The translations under genes and the position numbers were made by a program. Below the pieces are notes generated by a model. That model worked only from the letters and a program-made list of their open reading frames with translations, was not told the DNA's origin and ran no database searches. Positions 45,550 to 54,305 of a DNA stretch of 64,000 bases are shown here, one piece after another (the stretch's first letter is position 1; each line of letters opens with the position of its first letter). Source of the DNA: Candidatus Cloacimonadota bacterium (GTDB lineage: Bacteria; Cloacimonadota; Cloacimonadia; Cloacimonadales; GCA-2742885); assembly GCA_002742885.1 (NCBI GenBank), contig PDOO01000028.1, forward strand, positions 22,849 through 86,848, read 5' to 3'.

Positions 45550-47565
45550 ATGTCCTTAATTAACAAAAAACCGGTTGTATTTAAATTGCCGGATGAATTG
45601 CCTGAAGCAAAAACTTTTGACAAAAAGTACAGACGAGCCCCGAGCAGAGGTTTCAATCTTAATAAAAGGGAAACTAAAATGGCTCTTGAAAATGCGCTTC
45701 GCTATGTACCGGAACATTTGCACGCCGAATTGGCTCCGGAATTTTTGGAAGAGTTAAAGTCCATGGGACGTATTTACGCTTACAGATACAGACCGGAAGG
45801 AGCTTTGTACGGAAAACCGATAAATGAATATAAAGGCATTACCGCCGCTAAAGCTATTCAGGTTATGATTGATAACAATCTTGATTTTGATATTGCCCTT
45901 TATCCTTATGAATTAGTTACTTACGGAGAAACAGGACAGGTTTGTCAAAACTGGATGCAGTACAGATTGATTATGCTTTATCTCCAAAATATGACCGAAG
46001 ATCAAACCTTGGTTGTCAATTCAGGTCATCCCGTCGGACTTTTCCCGTCAAAACCTGACGCTCCTCGGGTTATTTCCACTAACGGTCTTCTTATCGGAAA
46101 ATGGGATAATCCTGAAGAATTTAAACGCTTAACAGCTTTGGGCGTAACTAATTACGGACAAATGACAGCCGGCGGATGGATGTATATCGGACCGCAGGGA
46201 ATCGTACACGGAACTTATATTACGCTGTTGAATGCCGGAAGAAAATATTTGGGTATTCCTCAAGATAAAGATCTTAAAGGCGTTTGTTTTATCTCATCAG
46301 GGCTGGGCGGAATGTCCGGAGCTCAGTCAAAAGCCGTGGAAATTGCCGGCGGAATAGGTATAATTGCAGAAGTTGATTACAGCCGCATAGAAACTCGTCT
46401 TTCTCAAGGTTGGGTATCTTTGGTCTCTTATGATTTGGAACAGATCGGAAAGTGGATTGAAGAGTATCGCAATAAGAAAGAAACCGTTTCCATTGCTTAT
46501 CACGGAAATGCAGTAGATCTTCTTGAATACGTTGAACAAAATAATATAAAAATAGAACTTATCTCCGATCAAACATCTTGTCATGCCGTTTACGAAGGCG
46601 GTTATACGCCGGTCGGAATCAGTTTTGAAGAAGGACGTGAATATATAGAAAATAATCCTGAAAAATTTAAAGAATTGGTGGATGCTTCTTTGGCGCGTCA
46701 TTATAAAGTTATTAAAAAACTTACTGATAAGGGAAGTTATTTCTGGGATTACGGCAACAGCTTTATGGCTTCCGTTTTTGATGCAGGAGAAAAAGACGTT
46801 GCCAAAAACGGCAAAGATACATCCGAAGGATTTATCTGGCCTTCCTATGTTGAAGACATTATGGGACCTGTTTGTTTTGATTACGGTTACGGTCCTTTCC
46901 GCTGGGTTTGCCTCAGTCGCAAGGACGAAGATTTGAGAAAAACAGACCAAGCTGCCATGTCTTGCATTGATCCAGAACGTTCTCCTCAGGACAGAGACAA
47001 CCATCATTGGATTGCTTCGGCAGAAGAAAATAAACTGGTTGTCGGCACAAAAGCGAGAATCCTTTACGCCGACGAAGAAGGACGGGTTCGCATTGCCTTG
47101 AAATTTAATGAAATGATCAGAAAAGGCATTATCGGACCGGTTATGCTGGGACGAGATCATCACGATGTGTCCGGTACGGATTCTCCTTTCAGAGAAACAG
47201 CCAATATTTATGACGGAAGCAACGTTACAGCCGATATGTCTGTTCAGTGTTTCGCAGGCAATGCGGCAAGAGGAATGAGTTTGGTTGTTCTTTCAAACGG
47301 CGGAGGCGTCGGAATAGGAAGATCCAGCAACGGCGGAAACGGTATTGTCCTTGACGGTTCCAAACGCATGGACGAAATTATCAAAAGCGGTCTTTCCTGG
47401 GATGTAATGGGCGGAGTCGCCAGACGTAACTGGGCAAGAAATGAACATGCCGTCGAAACCTGCAAAAAGTGGAACGAAAAACATCTCGGAGCAGGTCATA
47501 TTACTGTTCCTAATTTAGCGGATCAAAACTTGATAGACAGTTTGGTTGATCCCGAATTTAAGTAA
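45550..47565 (+). CDS. hutU: urocanate hydratase (long form)
   Basis: GGWMYIGPQGIVHGT, SGLGGMSGAQ and VMLGRDHHD motifs. GGAGG RBS. Confidence 0.93.
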   Translation: MSLINKKPVVFKLPDELPEAKTFDKKYRRAPSRGFNLNKRETKMALENALRYVPEHLHAELAPEFLEELKSMGRIYAYRYRPEGALYGKPINEYKGITAAKAIQVMIDNNLDFDIALYPYELVTYGETGQVCQNWMQYRLIMLYLQNMTEDQTLVVNSGHPVGLFPSKPDAPRVISTNGLLIGKWDNPEEFKRLTALGVTNYGQMTAGGWMYIGPQGIVHGTYITLLNAGRKYLGIPQDKDLKGVCFISSGLGGMSGAQSKAVEIAGGIGIIAEVDYSRIETRLSQGWVSLVSYDLEQIGKWIEEYRNKKETVSIAYHGNAVDLLEYVEQNNIKIELISDQTSCHAVYEGGYTPVGISFEEGREYIENNPEKFKELVDASLARHYKVIKKLTDKGSYFWDYGNSFMASVFDAGEKDVAKNGKDTSEGFIWPSYVEDIMGPVCFDYGYGPFRWVCLSRKDEDLRKTDQAAMSCIDPERSPQDRDNHHWIASAEENKLVVGTKARILYADEEGRVRIALKFNEMIRKGIIGPVMLGRDHHDVSGTDSPFRETANIYDGSNVTADMSVQCFAGNAARGMSLVVLSNGGGVGIGRSSNGGNGIVLDGSKRMDEIIKSGLSWDVMGGVARRNWARNEHAVETCKKWNEKHLGAGHITVPNLADQNLIDSLVDPEFK

Positions 47566-47635
47566 TTATTTTTAGGGATTCCCGTTTTTTGAGGAACTCT
47601 GTTGAAGTTGAAAAAAATTTTAAGAGGTTAATATT

Positions 47636-48439
47636 ATGAAAAGAATGCTTGTTATTGCCGGTAACTGGAAAATGAATAAAGATTTTGAAGAAGCCGAAAA
47701 GTTTATGGATGATTTACTTGTCGGTTTAGATGAATACGGTGATTTGGAAGAAGAATTGGAAAATGTTCAGGTTGTCATTTGTCCGCCTGCTCCTTTTATC
47801 GAGTTGGTCGGAGACATGACCGAGGAATCTGAGATTTATGTCGGCGGTCAGGATGTCAGTAAGTTCAAAAGCGGAGCTTACACAGGAGAAATCTCAGCCC
47901 AAATGTACAGATCCATGGATATTAATTATTGTATCGCAGGTCATTCTGAAAGACGTAAGTATCATAATGAAACAAATGCCGACATTCATGAAAAAATGTT
48001 GCGTTTGAAAGAATCTTTTATTGCTCCGATTATTTGTGTCGGAGAAACGGAAGAAGAACGGGAAGAAGGAAAAACCTTTGACGTTATAGAAAAACAATTA
48101 TCAGAAATTCTTTTTGATATTGATGAGAAAAATGATATGTTGCTTTTGGCATACGAGCCTGTATGGGCAATAGGAACCGGAAAAACCGCTTCTCCCGGAC
48201 AAGCTCAGGAAGTACATGCTTTTATTCGCAACTGGGTAAAAGAAAATATATCCGAAACTTTTGCCGAAGAAATTCATATTCTTTACGGCGGAAGCGTTAA
48301 ACCGACTAATGCCGAAGAATTATTAATGAAAGAAGATATTGACGGCGCCCTGATCGGAGGAGCATCATTGGATGCAAAGCAGTTTACCGAGATTATCGTT
48401 ACTGCGGCAAAACTTTCCAAAAGGAAGAGTAATGGTTGA
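47636..48439 (+). CDS. tpiA: triosephosphate isomerase
   Basis: AGNWKMN, IAGHSERR and AYEPVWAIGTGKTA motifs. Confidence 0.95.
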   Translation: MKRMLVIAGNWKMNKDFEEAEKFMDDLLVGLDEYGDLEEELENVQVVICPPAPFIELVGDMTEESEIYVGGQDVSKFKSGAYTGEISAQMYRSMDINYCIAGHSERRKYHNETNADIHEKMLRLKESFIAPIICVGETEEEREEGKTFDVIEKQLSEILFDIDEKNDMLLLAYEPVWAIGTGKTASPGQAQEVHAFIRNWVKENISETFAEEIHILYGGSVKPTNAEELLMKEDIDGALIGGASLDAKQFTEIIVTAAKLSKRKSNG

Positions 48440-49694
48440 CATTAAATTAATCCGGAGTCAGCCGGATATGGTGGCGGAAGCCGTTAAAAATAAAGGAGAA
48501 AAAGCGGATATTAAAGCTGTTCTCCGTTTGGATGAAGAATTAAAAAAGAAGAAATTTTATTTTGAAACTCTGAGAGCAGAGCAAAATCGTGTTTCAAAAG
48601 AGATTCCCAAACTTAAAAAAGCAAAAGAAGACACGACGGAAATCATGGCAAAAATGAAAGAGATCGCCGCCAAGGTAAAATCTTTTTCAACCGAAATTTC
48701 CGAGTTGGAAAATAAATTGAATGAGGAGCTTTTGAAAGTTCCGAATATTCCGCAAAAAGATATTCCGACAGGCGATGAGTCGCATAATCTTATGCTTGAA
48801 GAATGGGGAACCAAAAAAGAATTTTCTTTTAAATTAAAAGAACAAAGCGAATTGCTGGAAAGCAAAGGTCTGGTTGATTTCAGACGAGGTTCCGGAATTA
48901 CCGGATCAGGTTTCCCGGTTTACGTTGACAGAGGAGCTTTGCTGGAAAGAGCTTTGATTAATTATATGCTGGATAAGCATATTTACGAACACGGTTATAC
49001 GGAATTGAAAGTTCCCTTTATCGTAAATCGCAAAACCATGACAGGCACGGGACAATTACCCAAGCTTGAAGATGATATGTACAGGATAAACGAAGACGAC
49101 TTTTTTCTTATTCCTACGGCAGAAGTTCCGGTAACGAATTTTTATGCCGGAGAGATTTTGAAAGAAAAGGATTTACCGGCTAGATTTGTTTCTTACACGC
49201 CTTGCTTCCGTCGGGAAGCCGGCTCTTACGGAAAAGATACCAAAGGTTTGCAGCGTCTTCATCAGTTTAATAAAGTCGAGATGGTAAGATTTGTAAAACC
49301 GGAAGATTCCGATGCTGTTTTGGATGAAATGGTAAAAGATGCCGCCTCGATTCTTGAAGATTTTGGTATTCATTATCGTACCGTGAAATTGGCGACAGGC
49401 GATTTAAGTTTTGCTTCCGCCAAAACAATTGATTTGGAAGCGTGGGCTCCCGGAACAGGGAAATATCTTGAGGTCTCTTCCGTCAGTAATTTTGAAGATT
49501 TTCAGGCGAGAAGAGCAGGAATAAGATTCAGAGATTCAGACGGTAAAGTAAAATTTGTTCATACTTTAAACGGTTCCGGACTTGCTGCTCCCAGAACAAT
49601 GATCATTATTTTGGAGCAATATCAAAACGAAGACGGTTCAATTACTGTTCCAGAGGTTTTGCGTCCTTATTTACGCAATTTGGAAAAAATATGA
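48432..49694 (+). CDS. serS: seryl-tRNA synthetase
   Basis: MVDIKLIR start with an N-terminal coiled-coil arm. Class II motifs FRREAGS and LNGSGLAAPRT. Track start 48372 rejected; it would lie inside tpiA. Confidence 0.95.
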   Translation: MVDIKLIRSQPDMVAEAVKNKGEKADIKAVLRLDEELKKKKFYFETLRAEQNRVSKEIPKLKKAKEDTTEIMAKMKEIAAKVKSFSTEISELENKLNEELLKVPNIPQKDIPTGDESHNLMLEEWGTKKEFSFKLKEQSELLESKGLVDFRRGSGITGSGFPVYVDRGALLERALINYMLDKHIYEHGYTELKVPFIVNRKTMTGTGQLPKLEDDMYRINEDDFFLIPTAEVPVTNFYAGEILKEKDLPARFVSYTPCFRREAGSYGKDTKGLQRLHQFNKVEMVRFVKPEDSDAVLDEMVKDAASILEDFGIHYRTVKLATGDLSFASAKTIDLEAWAPGTGKYLEVSSVSNFEDFQARRAGIRFRDSDGKVKFVHTLNGSGLAAPRTMIIILEQYQNEDGSITVPEVLRPYLRNLEKI

Positions 49695-49724
49695 TAATTA
49701 TCGATTCAGCATCGATTTATAAAA

Positions 49725-49760
49725 AGAGGGAGACGCAGTTTTCTCCCTCTCTTGTCTTTT
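49725..49760 (+). terminator. hairpin AGAGGGAGA-cgcagttt-TCTCCCTCT followed by a T-rich tail
   Basis: 9-bp stem 49725-49733/49742-49750, lying 31 nt after the serS stop. Confidence 0.65.
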
Positions 49761-49761
49761 A

Positions 49762-50922
49762 ATGGGGATTCTTCCGATGATTTATTTTGATAATGCGGCG
49801 ACATCTTATCCGAAAGCTCCCGATGTTGCTTCTGCTCTTGCTTCTGCGATTTTAAATATTCCCGGGAATGCCGGAAGATCAAGTTTCAAGCATTCCTTAA
49901 AAACTTCTGAAATTATTTTTGATTGCAGGGAACGAATTGCTCGTATGTTTAATATCGAAGATTCCGAAAACGTTATATTTACGTCGGGAGCAACTGAAGC
50001 TTTGAATTTGTTGATTCACGGACTTGCCGAACCGGGAGGAAGAGTTTTAACTTCTCCCATGGAGCATAATTCCGTTTTACGTCCTCTGGAAGAATTAAGA
50101 AAGCGACAAGGACTTAGAACAGATTTTGTTAAATGCGATAAAAACGGTTTGCCTGATTTGGAAGATTGGAAAGAAAAATTGCGGTTAAAACCTGAATTTG
50201 CTGTTGTTACGGCAGCTTCCAACGTAACCGGATCGGTTTTTCCTTTTTACGAAATGGCAAAGACGGCTCATCAGGAAAATATACCTTTTATTTTAGATAC
50301 GGCTCAAGCTGCCGGAACGGTTGAAATCGATTGCGGAGACGAAGGTATTTCTGCTGCCTGTTTTGCCGGTCATAAAGGACTTCTCGGTCCCGGCGGAATA
50401 GGATTTTGTTACATTTCCGAAAAAATAAATCCCAGAACTTTGAAACAGGGCGGTACCGGAAGCAGGTCAGATGAACCTTTGCAACCGGAATTTCGCCCCG
50501 ATAAATATGAAGCCGGAACTCAGAATATCACTTGCATAGCCGGTTTGAATGCCGCATTGAAATTTATTGAAGAAACCGGAATCGTAAAAATTAAAAAACG
50601 AAAAAAAGAGCTTTTTCTTTATTTTACAGATAGTATAAAAAAGATAAAAAGCTTAACCGTTCATGCCGATGCAAACATTGAAAATACAGGTATTATTTCC
50701 GTAAGTTCCGACAAATTAACTTCTTCTGAACTTACAGAAATTTTAAACAAATATGACATTGCGGTTCGCACCGGGCTTCATTGCGCTCCTGAGGCTCATA
50801 AAGCAATAGGCACTTTCGAAGCAGGGGGAGCTGTTCGTTTCAGTTTGGGTTATTTTAATACGGAAAAGGAAATAGATTATGCGATTAATTTGCTTGAAGA
50901 CATTCACAAAGAGGAAAAATGA
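49762..50922 (+). CDS. class V aminotransferase: cysteine desulfurase / selenocysteine-lyase-like
   Basis: IYFDNAATSYP start, PLP-Lys FAGHKGLLGP and group-II active-site VRTGLHCAPEA. The start could be ATG 49777. The stop overlaps the selD ATG (ATGA). Confidence 0.85.
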   Translation: MGILPMIYFDNAATSYPKAPDVASALASAILNIPGNAGRSSFKHSLKTSEIIFDCRERIARMFNIEDSENVIFTSGATEALNLLIHGLAEPGGRVLTSPMEHNSVLRPLEELRKRQGLRTDFVKCDKNGLPDLEDWKEKLRLKPEFAVVTAASNVTGSVFPFYEMAKTAHQENIPFILDTAQAAGTVEIDCGDEGISAACFAGHKGLLGPGGIGFCYISEKINPRTLKQGGTGSRSDEPLQPEFRPDKYEAGTQNITCIAGLNAALKFIEETGIVKIKKRKKELFLYFTDSIKKIKSLTVHADANIENTGIISVSSDKLTSSELTEILNKYDIAVRTGLHCAPEAHKAIGTFEAGGAVRFSLGYFNTEKEIDYAINLLEDIHKEEK

Positions 50923-51956
50923 CTGAAATAAAATTGACGACTATGACCTCGGCTTCCGGCTGAGGGGCTAAACTCGGTCCCGGAGTTCTGGGAAAAGCTT
51001 TATGCGGTTTGTTGCAACCGGACTTTAAAAATGTTATTGCCGATTACAAAAATGCGGAAGATGCCGGAGTTTATAAATTGAATGACGATCAGGCAATTAT
51101 TCAAACTTTGGATTTTTTCCCGCCCATTGTCGATGATCCGTTTGAATTCGGACAAATTGCCGCTGCCAATTCTTTATCTGATATTTATGCCATGGGCGGT
51201 CGTCCGATTACGGCTATGAGTATTGTTTGTTTTCCTCAGGATAAACTTGATATTGAGCATTTGCAGGCTATCCTTGCCGGCGGAATGGATAAATTGAACG
51301 AAGCAGGTTGCGCTTTGGTCGGCGGACACAGCGTAGATGATCCCGAATTGAAATACGGTTTATCTGTTACCGGGATTGCGCGTCCCGAAGATATAAAGTT
51401 GAATAATACCCCGAAAGAAAATGATATTCTTATTTGTACGAAACCGCTGGGAACAGGAATCATAAGCACTGCCGGGAAAGCGGATGCCGTTGATCCCGAA
51501 ATACTGAAGAAATCTTCTCATTACATGAAACAGCTCAATAAAATTCCTTTTGAATTAACAAAAGGTTTTCGTGTTTCCGCCTGCACAGACGTTACAGGAT
51601 TCGGTTTGGCGGGGCATCTGGCGGAAATGTCCGGCAAAGACGGGATCGGATTTGAAATAGATTTTAAGAAAGTGGAAATTTTGCCTTCTGTTTCGGATTT
51701 GATCGAATACGGATTTGTTCCTGCCGGAACTTTCAGAAATCGCAATTACAGAAAAAACGATATCATTAATTTTGCGGAAATTCCGACTTATGTTACTGAT
51801 ATTTTGTTTGATCCCCAAACTTCGGGAGGTTTGATTTTGGCGATTAATGAAGATGATGCCGAAAAATATCTTAACTTGCTGAAAAAAGAAGGAATTGATG
51901 CTTATATTTTCGGGAAAACAAAGAAAAATTCCGGAAAGACAGAGGTTCTTTATTAA
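50919..51956 (+). CDS. selD: selenide, water dikinase (selenophosphate synthetase), selenocysteine-containing (UGA 50961-50963 recoded)
   Basis: ATG 50919 is in frame with track ORF 51009..51956 through a single TGA. Translation MTEIKLTTMTSASG-U-GAKLGPGVL aligns with E. coli RLTQYSHGAG-C17-GCKISPKVL. Downstream motifs: DFFPPIVDDPFEFG, VGGHS, DVTGFGL, DPQTSGGL. Confidence 0.9.
50971..50987 (+). promoter_or_regulatory. candidate bacterial SECIS hairpin apex (AACUC-GGUCCCG-GAGUU)
   Basis: 5-bp stem 50971-50975/50983-50987. The GGUC-containing loop begins 15 nt after the U of UGA. It is only a short helix found by eye; the full structure was not folded. Confidence 0.35.
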
Positions 51957-52216
51957 TGAAAAAATTTCTTGTAACTTTCTTGAATACTCATGCTTCCTTG
52001 AAAGCTAAAAAAGTTTTTTCGGATATTGATTGCGAAAATGAGTTTATTCCCGTTCCGAGATCAATAAGCTCTGAATGCGGATATTCTATGCTTATTTTAA
52101 TTGAAACGCATGAAAAACTTTTGACTCTACTGGAAAAAGAAAAGATAAAAATACGCCATATCTATTTATGCAAAGATGAGAACGGAGAAAGAAATTATGA
52201 AAAAATTAACGGTTGA
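51956..52216 (+). CDS. DUF3343-like small protein (putative Se/S carrier-associated)
   Basis: 86 aa with FLNTHASLKAKKV..IPVPRSISSECGYSM, the pattern typical of DUF3343. Starts on the last base of the selD TAA stop (TAATG overlap). Confidence 0.65.
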   Translation: MKKFLVTFLNTHASLKAKKVFSDIDCENEFIPVPRSISSECGYSMLILIETHEKLLTLLEKEKIKIRHIYLCKDENGERNYEKING

Positions 52217-52799
52217 TAACAGAGGTCTCGGATGTCCGCAACCCGTAATAAACACTAAAAAAGCTCTTGGTGCAAAGAATTTTGACGAATTAACAATTTT
52301 AATCGATAATGATGTTGCTCTCTCCAATGTTAAACGGCTTATAAAAAAAACGGGTTTTGAAATAAATAAAGAAGAAAAAAAAGACGGAATTTACAGTCTT
52401 TTGATAAAAAATAATTTCGGAAAAACAGAAGATTCTTACGATGCGGAAACCAAATCTGAACATGGGAAAAATATTTTATTTCTTAACGATAAAATCGGAG
52501 CGGGAAACGATGATTTGGGCAGATTATTGATGAACGGATTCATTTATTCATTGACGGAATCGGAAAATATGCCCGGAAAACTTATCTTCATGAATAACGG
52601 AGTTAAACTTTGCGCAGAGGGATCCGAAGCTGTTAAAAATTTGAGAATGCTGGAAGACAGAGGGGCGGAGATTTTAGTATGCGGCACGTGCCTTAATTTT
52701 TTTGATATTACCGATAAATTGGCTGTCGGAAAAATCTCCAATATGTACGATATTTCGGAATCAATGCTTGAAAAAAGCGAGTTGATTACGATTGATTAA
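52197..52799 (+). CDS. yedF: selenium metabolism protein YedF-like (TusA/SirA domain + DsrE-like domain)
   Basis: GGAGAAAG RBS before ATG 52197. DNRGLGCPQPVINTKKAL is the TusA CPxP motif. The C-terminal half ends in VCGTCLN. Confidence 0.8.
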   Translation: MKKLTVDNRGLGCPQPVINTKKALGAKNFDELTILIDNDVALSNVKRLIKKTGFEINKEEKKDGIYSLLIKNNFGKTEDSYDAETKSEHGKNILFLNDKIGAGNDDLGRLLMNGFIYSLTESENMPGKLIFMNNGVKLCAEGSEAVKNLRMLEDRGAEILVCGTCLNFFDITDKLAVGKISNMYDISESMLEKSELITID

Positions 52800-52839
52800 C
52801 TTTAAATAAAAACATAAAATATTAAATTACGGAGGAATA

Positions 52840-53793
52840 ATGAAAAAATTTTATTTAATATGCCTGATTATGATTATCGGTGTCGCATTATGCGCCGACA
52901 AAATTTTAGTATTGCCTTTTCAAAATGATTTTTCCAATAAAACATCTTTGGGAGCGGTACGCAATTATTTGACTATGCTGTTGGAAGAAAAAAACTTTGA
53001 AGTTGTTTTTGCCAATGATTTTGAATATGATTCAGACAGAGCGTTAACCAATGAAGAAATCGTAAAATCAGGAAAATCTTATCAAGCCGATCAGGTTGTT
53101 TACATTAATATGCAATATCTCGGAAATAAGATTATCATTTTGGCTAAAATAGTTGATGCGGAAAAGCAAAAAATTGTTTACAGTAAAAAGTTTACTTCTC
53201 TTAAAGTGGAAGAATTGGATGCCGTAATGGATGAAACGGTTGCCGGTTTTATGAAGGAAAGAGAAAGTAAAAAATCCGTTAAATCCGAAAAAAAGAAAAA
53301 AAACAAAAGATCTTTAAATCAGCCTGTCAGAAAAAAACAAGCTAAGAGGTATAACGGAATAACATTCGGTTATCTTTTCCCTTTACACGGTTTTGACGGG
53401 GACAGAGAAAGTAAATTGACTGCCGATTATCGTTTCAGTTTTGAAATGGCAAATTCGAGAGCAGGCGTTCTGGCAGGATGGCGCGAGGGCGTTGCCGCAA
53501 GTTTATTTTATAATTACCTTTTTACGGATGGAGATATCAGCCCTTACGCAGGCGGAAACTTGGGATTCCATTGGATAGATCATGATTCTCCGAAAGATGT
53601 TCTCGATGAGTTCGGAAATATAATTGAGGAAAAAGAAAGCATGAGAGAAGACGGTATTGAATTGGGATTAAACTGCGGAATAAATTTTTTCCGTTACTAT
53701 AATTTCCAAATGGTTGCCAATCTCGAATATACATGGACTTTGAACGATTACGACGACCAATCAATTATATTTACCATCGGCTTGATGCAATAA
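52840..53793 (+). CDS. hypothetical outer-membrane protein (signal peptide, N-terminal alpha/beta domain, Lys-rich linker, C-terminal small beta-barrel)
   Basis: Signal peptide MKKFYLICLIMIIGVALCA. Linker KKSVKSEKKKKNKRSLNQPVRKKQAKR. The C-terminal part has alternating-hydrophobic, aromatic-rich strands. No family recognised. Confidence 0.5.
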   Translation: MKKFYLICLIMIIGVALCADKILVLPFQNDFSNKTSLGAVRNYLTMLLEEKNFEVVFANDFEYDSDRALTNEEIVKSGKSYQADQVVYINMQYLGNKIIILAKIVDAEKQKIVYSKKFTSLKVEELDAVMDETVAGFMKERESKKSVKSEKKKKNKRSLNQPVRKKQAKRYNGITFGYLFPLHGFDGDRESKLTADYRFSFEMANSRAGVLAGWREGVAASLFYNYLFTDGDISPYAGGNLGFHWIDHDSPKDVLDEFGNIIEEKESMREDGIELGLNCGINFFRYYNFQMVANLEYTWTLNDYDDQSIIFTIGLMQ

Positions 53794-53819
53794 AATTTTT
53801 TATTTTCGGGGGAGACGAG

Positions 53820-54233
53820 ATGATTTTGGTAAGCGCCTGTTTATCCGGATTTTGTTGTACTTACAACGGTAAAAGTCATTTGAAGCAAAAAATTTTAGAT
53901 TTGGCGCGAAACGGAAAAGCAATTCCTGTCTGCCCCGAGCAACTCGGAGGATTGCCTACTCCGCGCTCTCCGGTTGAAATATTAAACGGCAGATTTTTGA
54001 CGAAAGACGGAAAAGACGTTACGGATAATTTCAGAAAAGGAGCGGAAGAAGTTTTGCGTTTTGCGAAAAATATAGGAGCTGATTGCGCCGTATTGAAATC
54101 AAATTCTCCTTCTTGCGGCTTCGGAAAAATTTACGACGGAACATTTTCAGGAACCAAAACAGACGGTAACGGCATTGCTGCTCAAATGCTTTTTGACAAC
54201 GGAATAAAAATTATTTCAAGCGATGATTTTTAG
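53820..54233 (+). CDS. DUF523-family protein (TudS-like Fe-S desulfidase family)
   Basis: GGGGAG RBS before ATG 53820. MILVSACLSGFCCTYNG, PVCPEQLGGLPTPR and SPSCG motifs typical of DUF523. Track start 53733 rejected. Confidence 0.8.
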   Translation: MILVSACLSGFCCTYNGKSHLKQKILDLARNGKAIPVCPEQLGGLPTPRSPVEILNGRFLTKDGKDVTDNFRKGAEEVLRFAKNIGADCAVLKSNSPSCGFGKIYDGTFSGTKTDGNGIAAQMLFDNGIKIISSDDF

Positions 54234-54305
54234 GATATTAATTTCTTAAAATCAGCATAATAAAATTTAAAAATAATATTAATCTGATTTAGTCAGTTTT
54301 GAATT

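Noticed and set aside
46327-47163. 278-aa minus-strand ORF, plus many other antisense track ORFs (e.g. 722-1012, 1304-1657, 7530-7907, 8622-9335, 10994-11443, 33859-34266, 36580-36999, 40854-41279)
   Set aside because: Each lies wholly inside a well-supported gene on the opposite strand (hutU, the oxidoreductase, the TBDR, queA and others). They have low-complexity, Phe/Ile/Asn-rich translations typical of shadow ORFs in AT-rich DNA, and they lack RBSs.
47566-47600. GGG-att-CCC plus T6 after hutU as a terminator
   Set aside because: A 3-bp stem is too weak to call.
48372-48431. N-terminal extensions proposed by the ORF track (serS 48372, DUF523 53733, rseC-like 43238, zur 57131, yedF 52176, znuA 57562, znuB 59183, rodZ-like 14335, ugd 2961)
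   Set aside because: The extensions overlap the preceding gene or add non-homologous residues ahead of a canonical family N-terminus. Internal ATGs with GGAG-type RBSs fit better.
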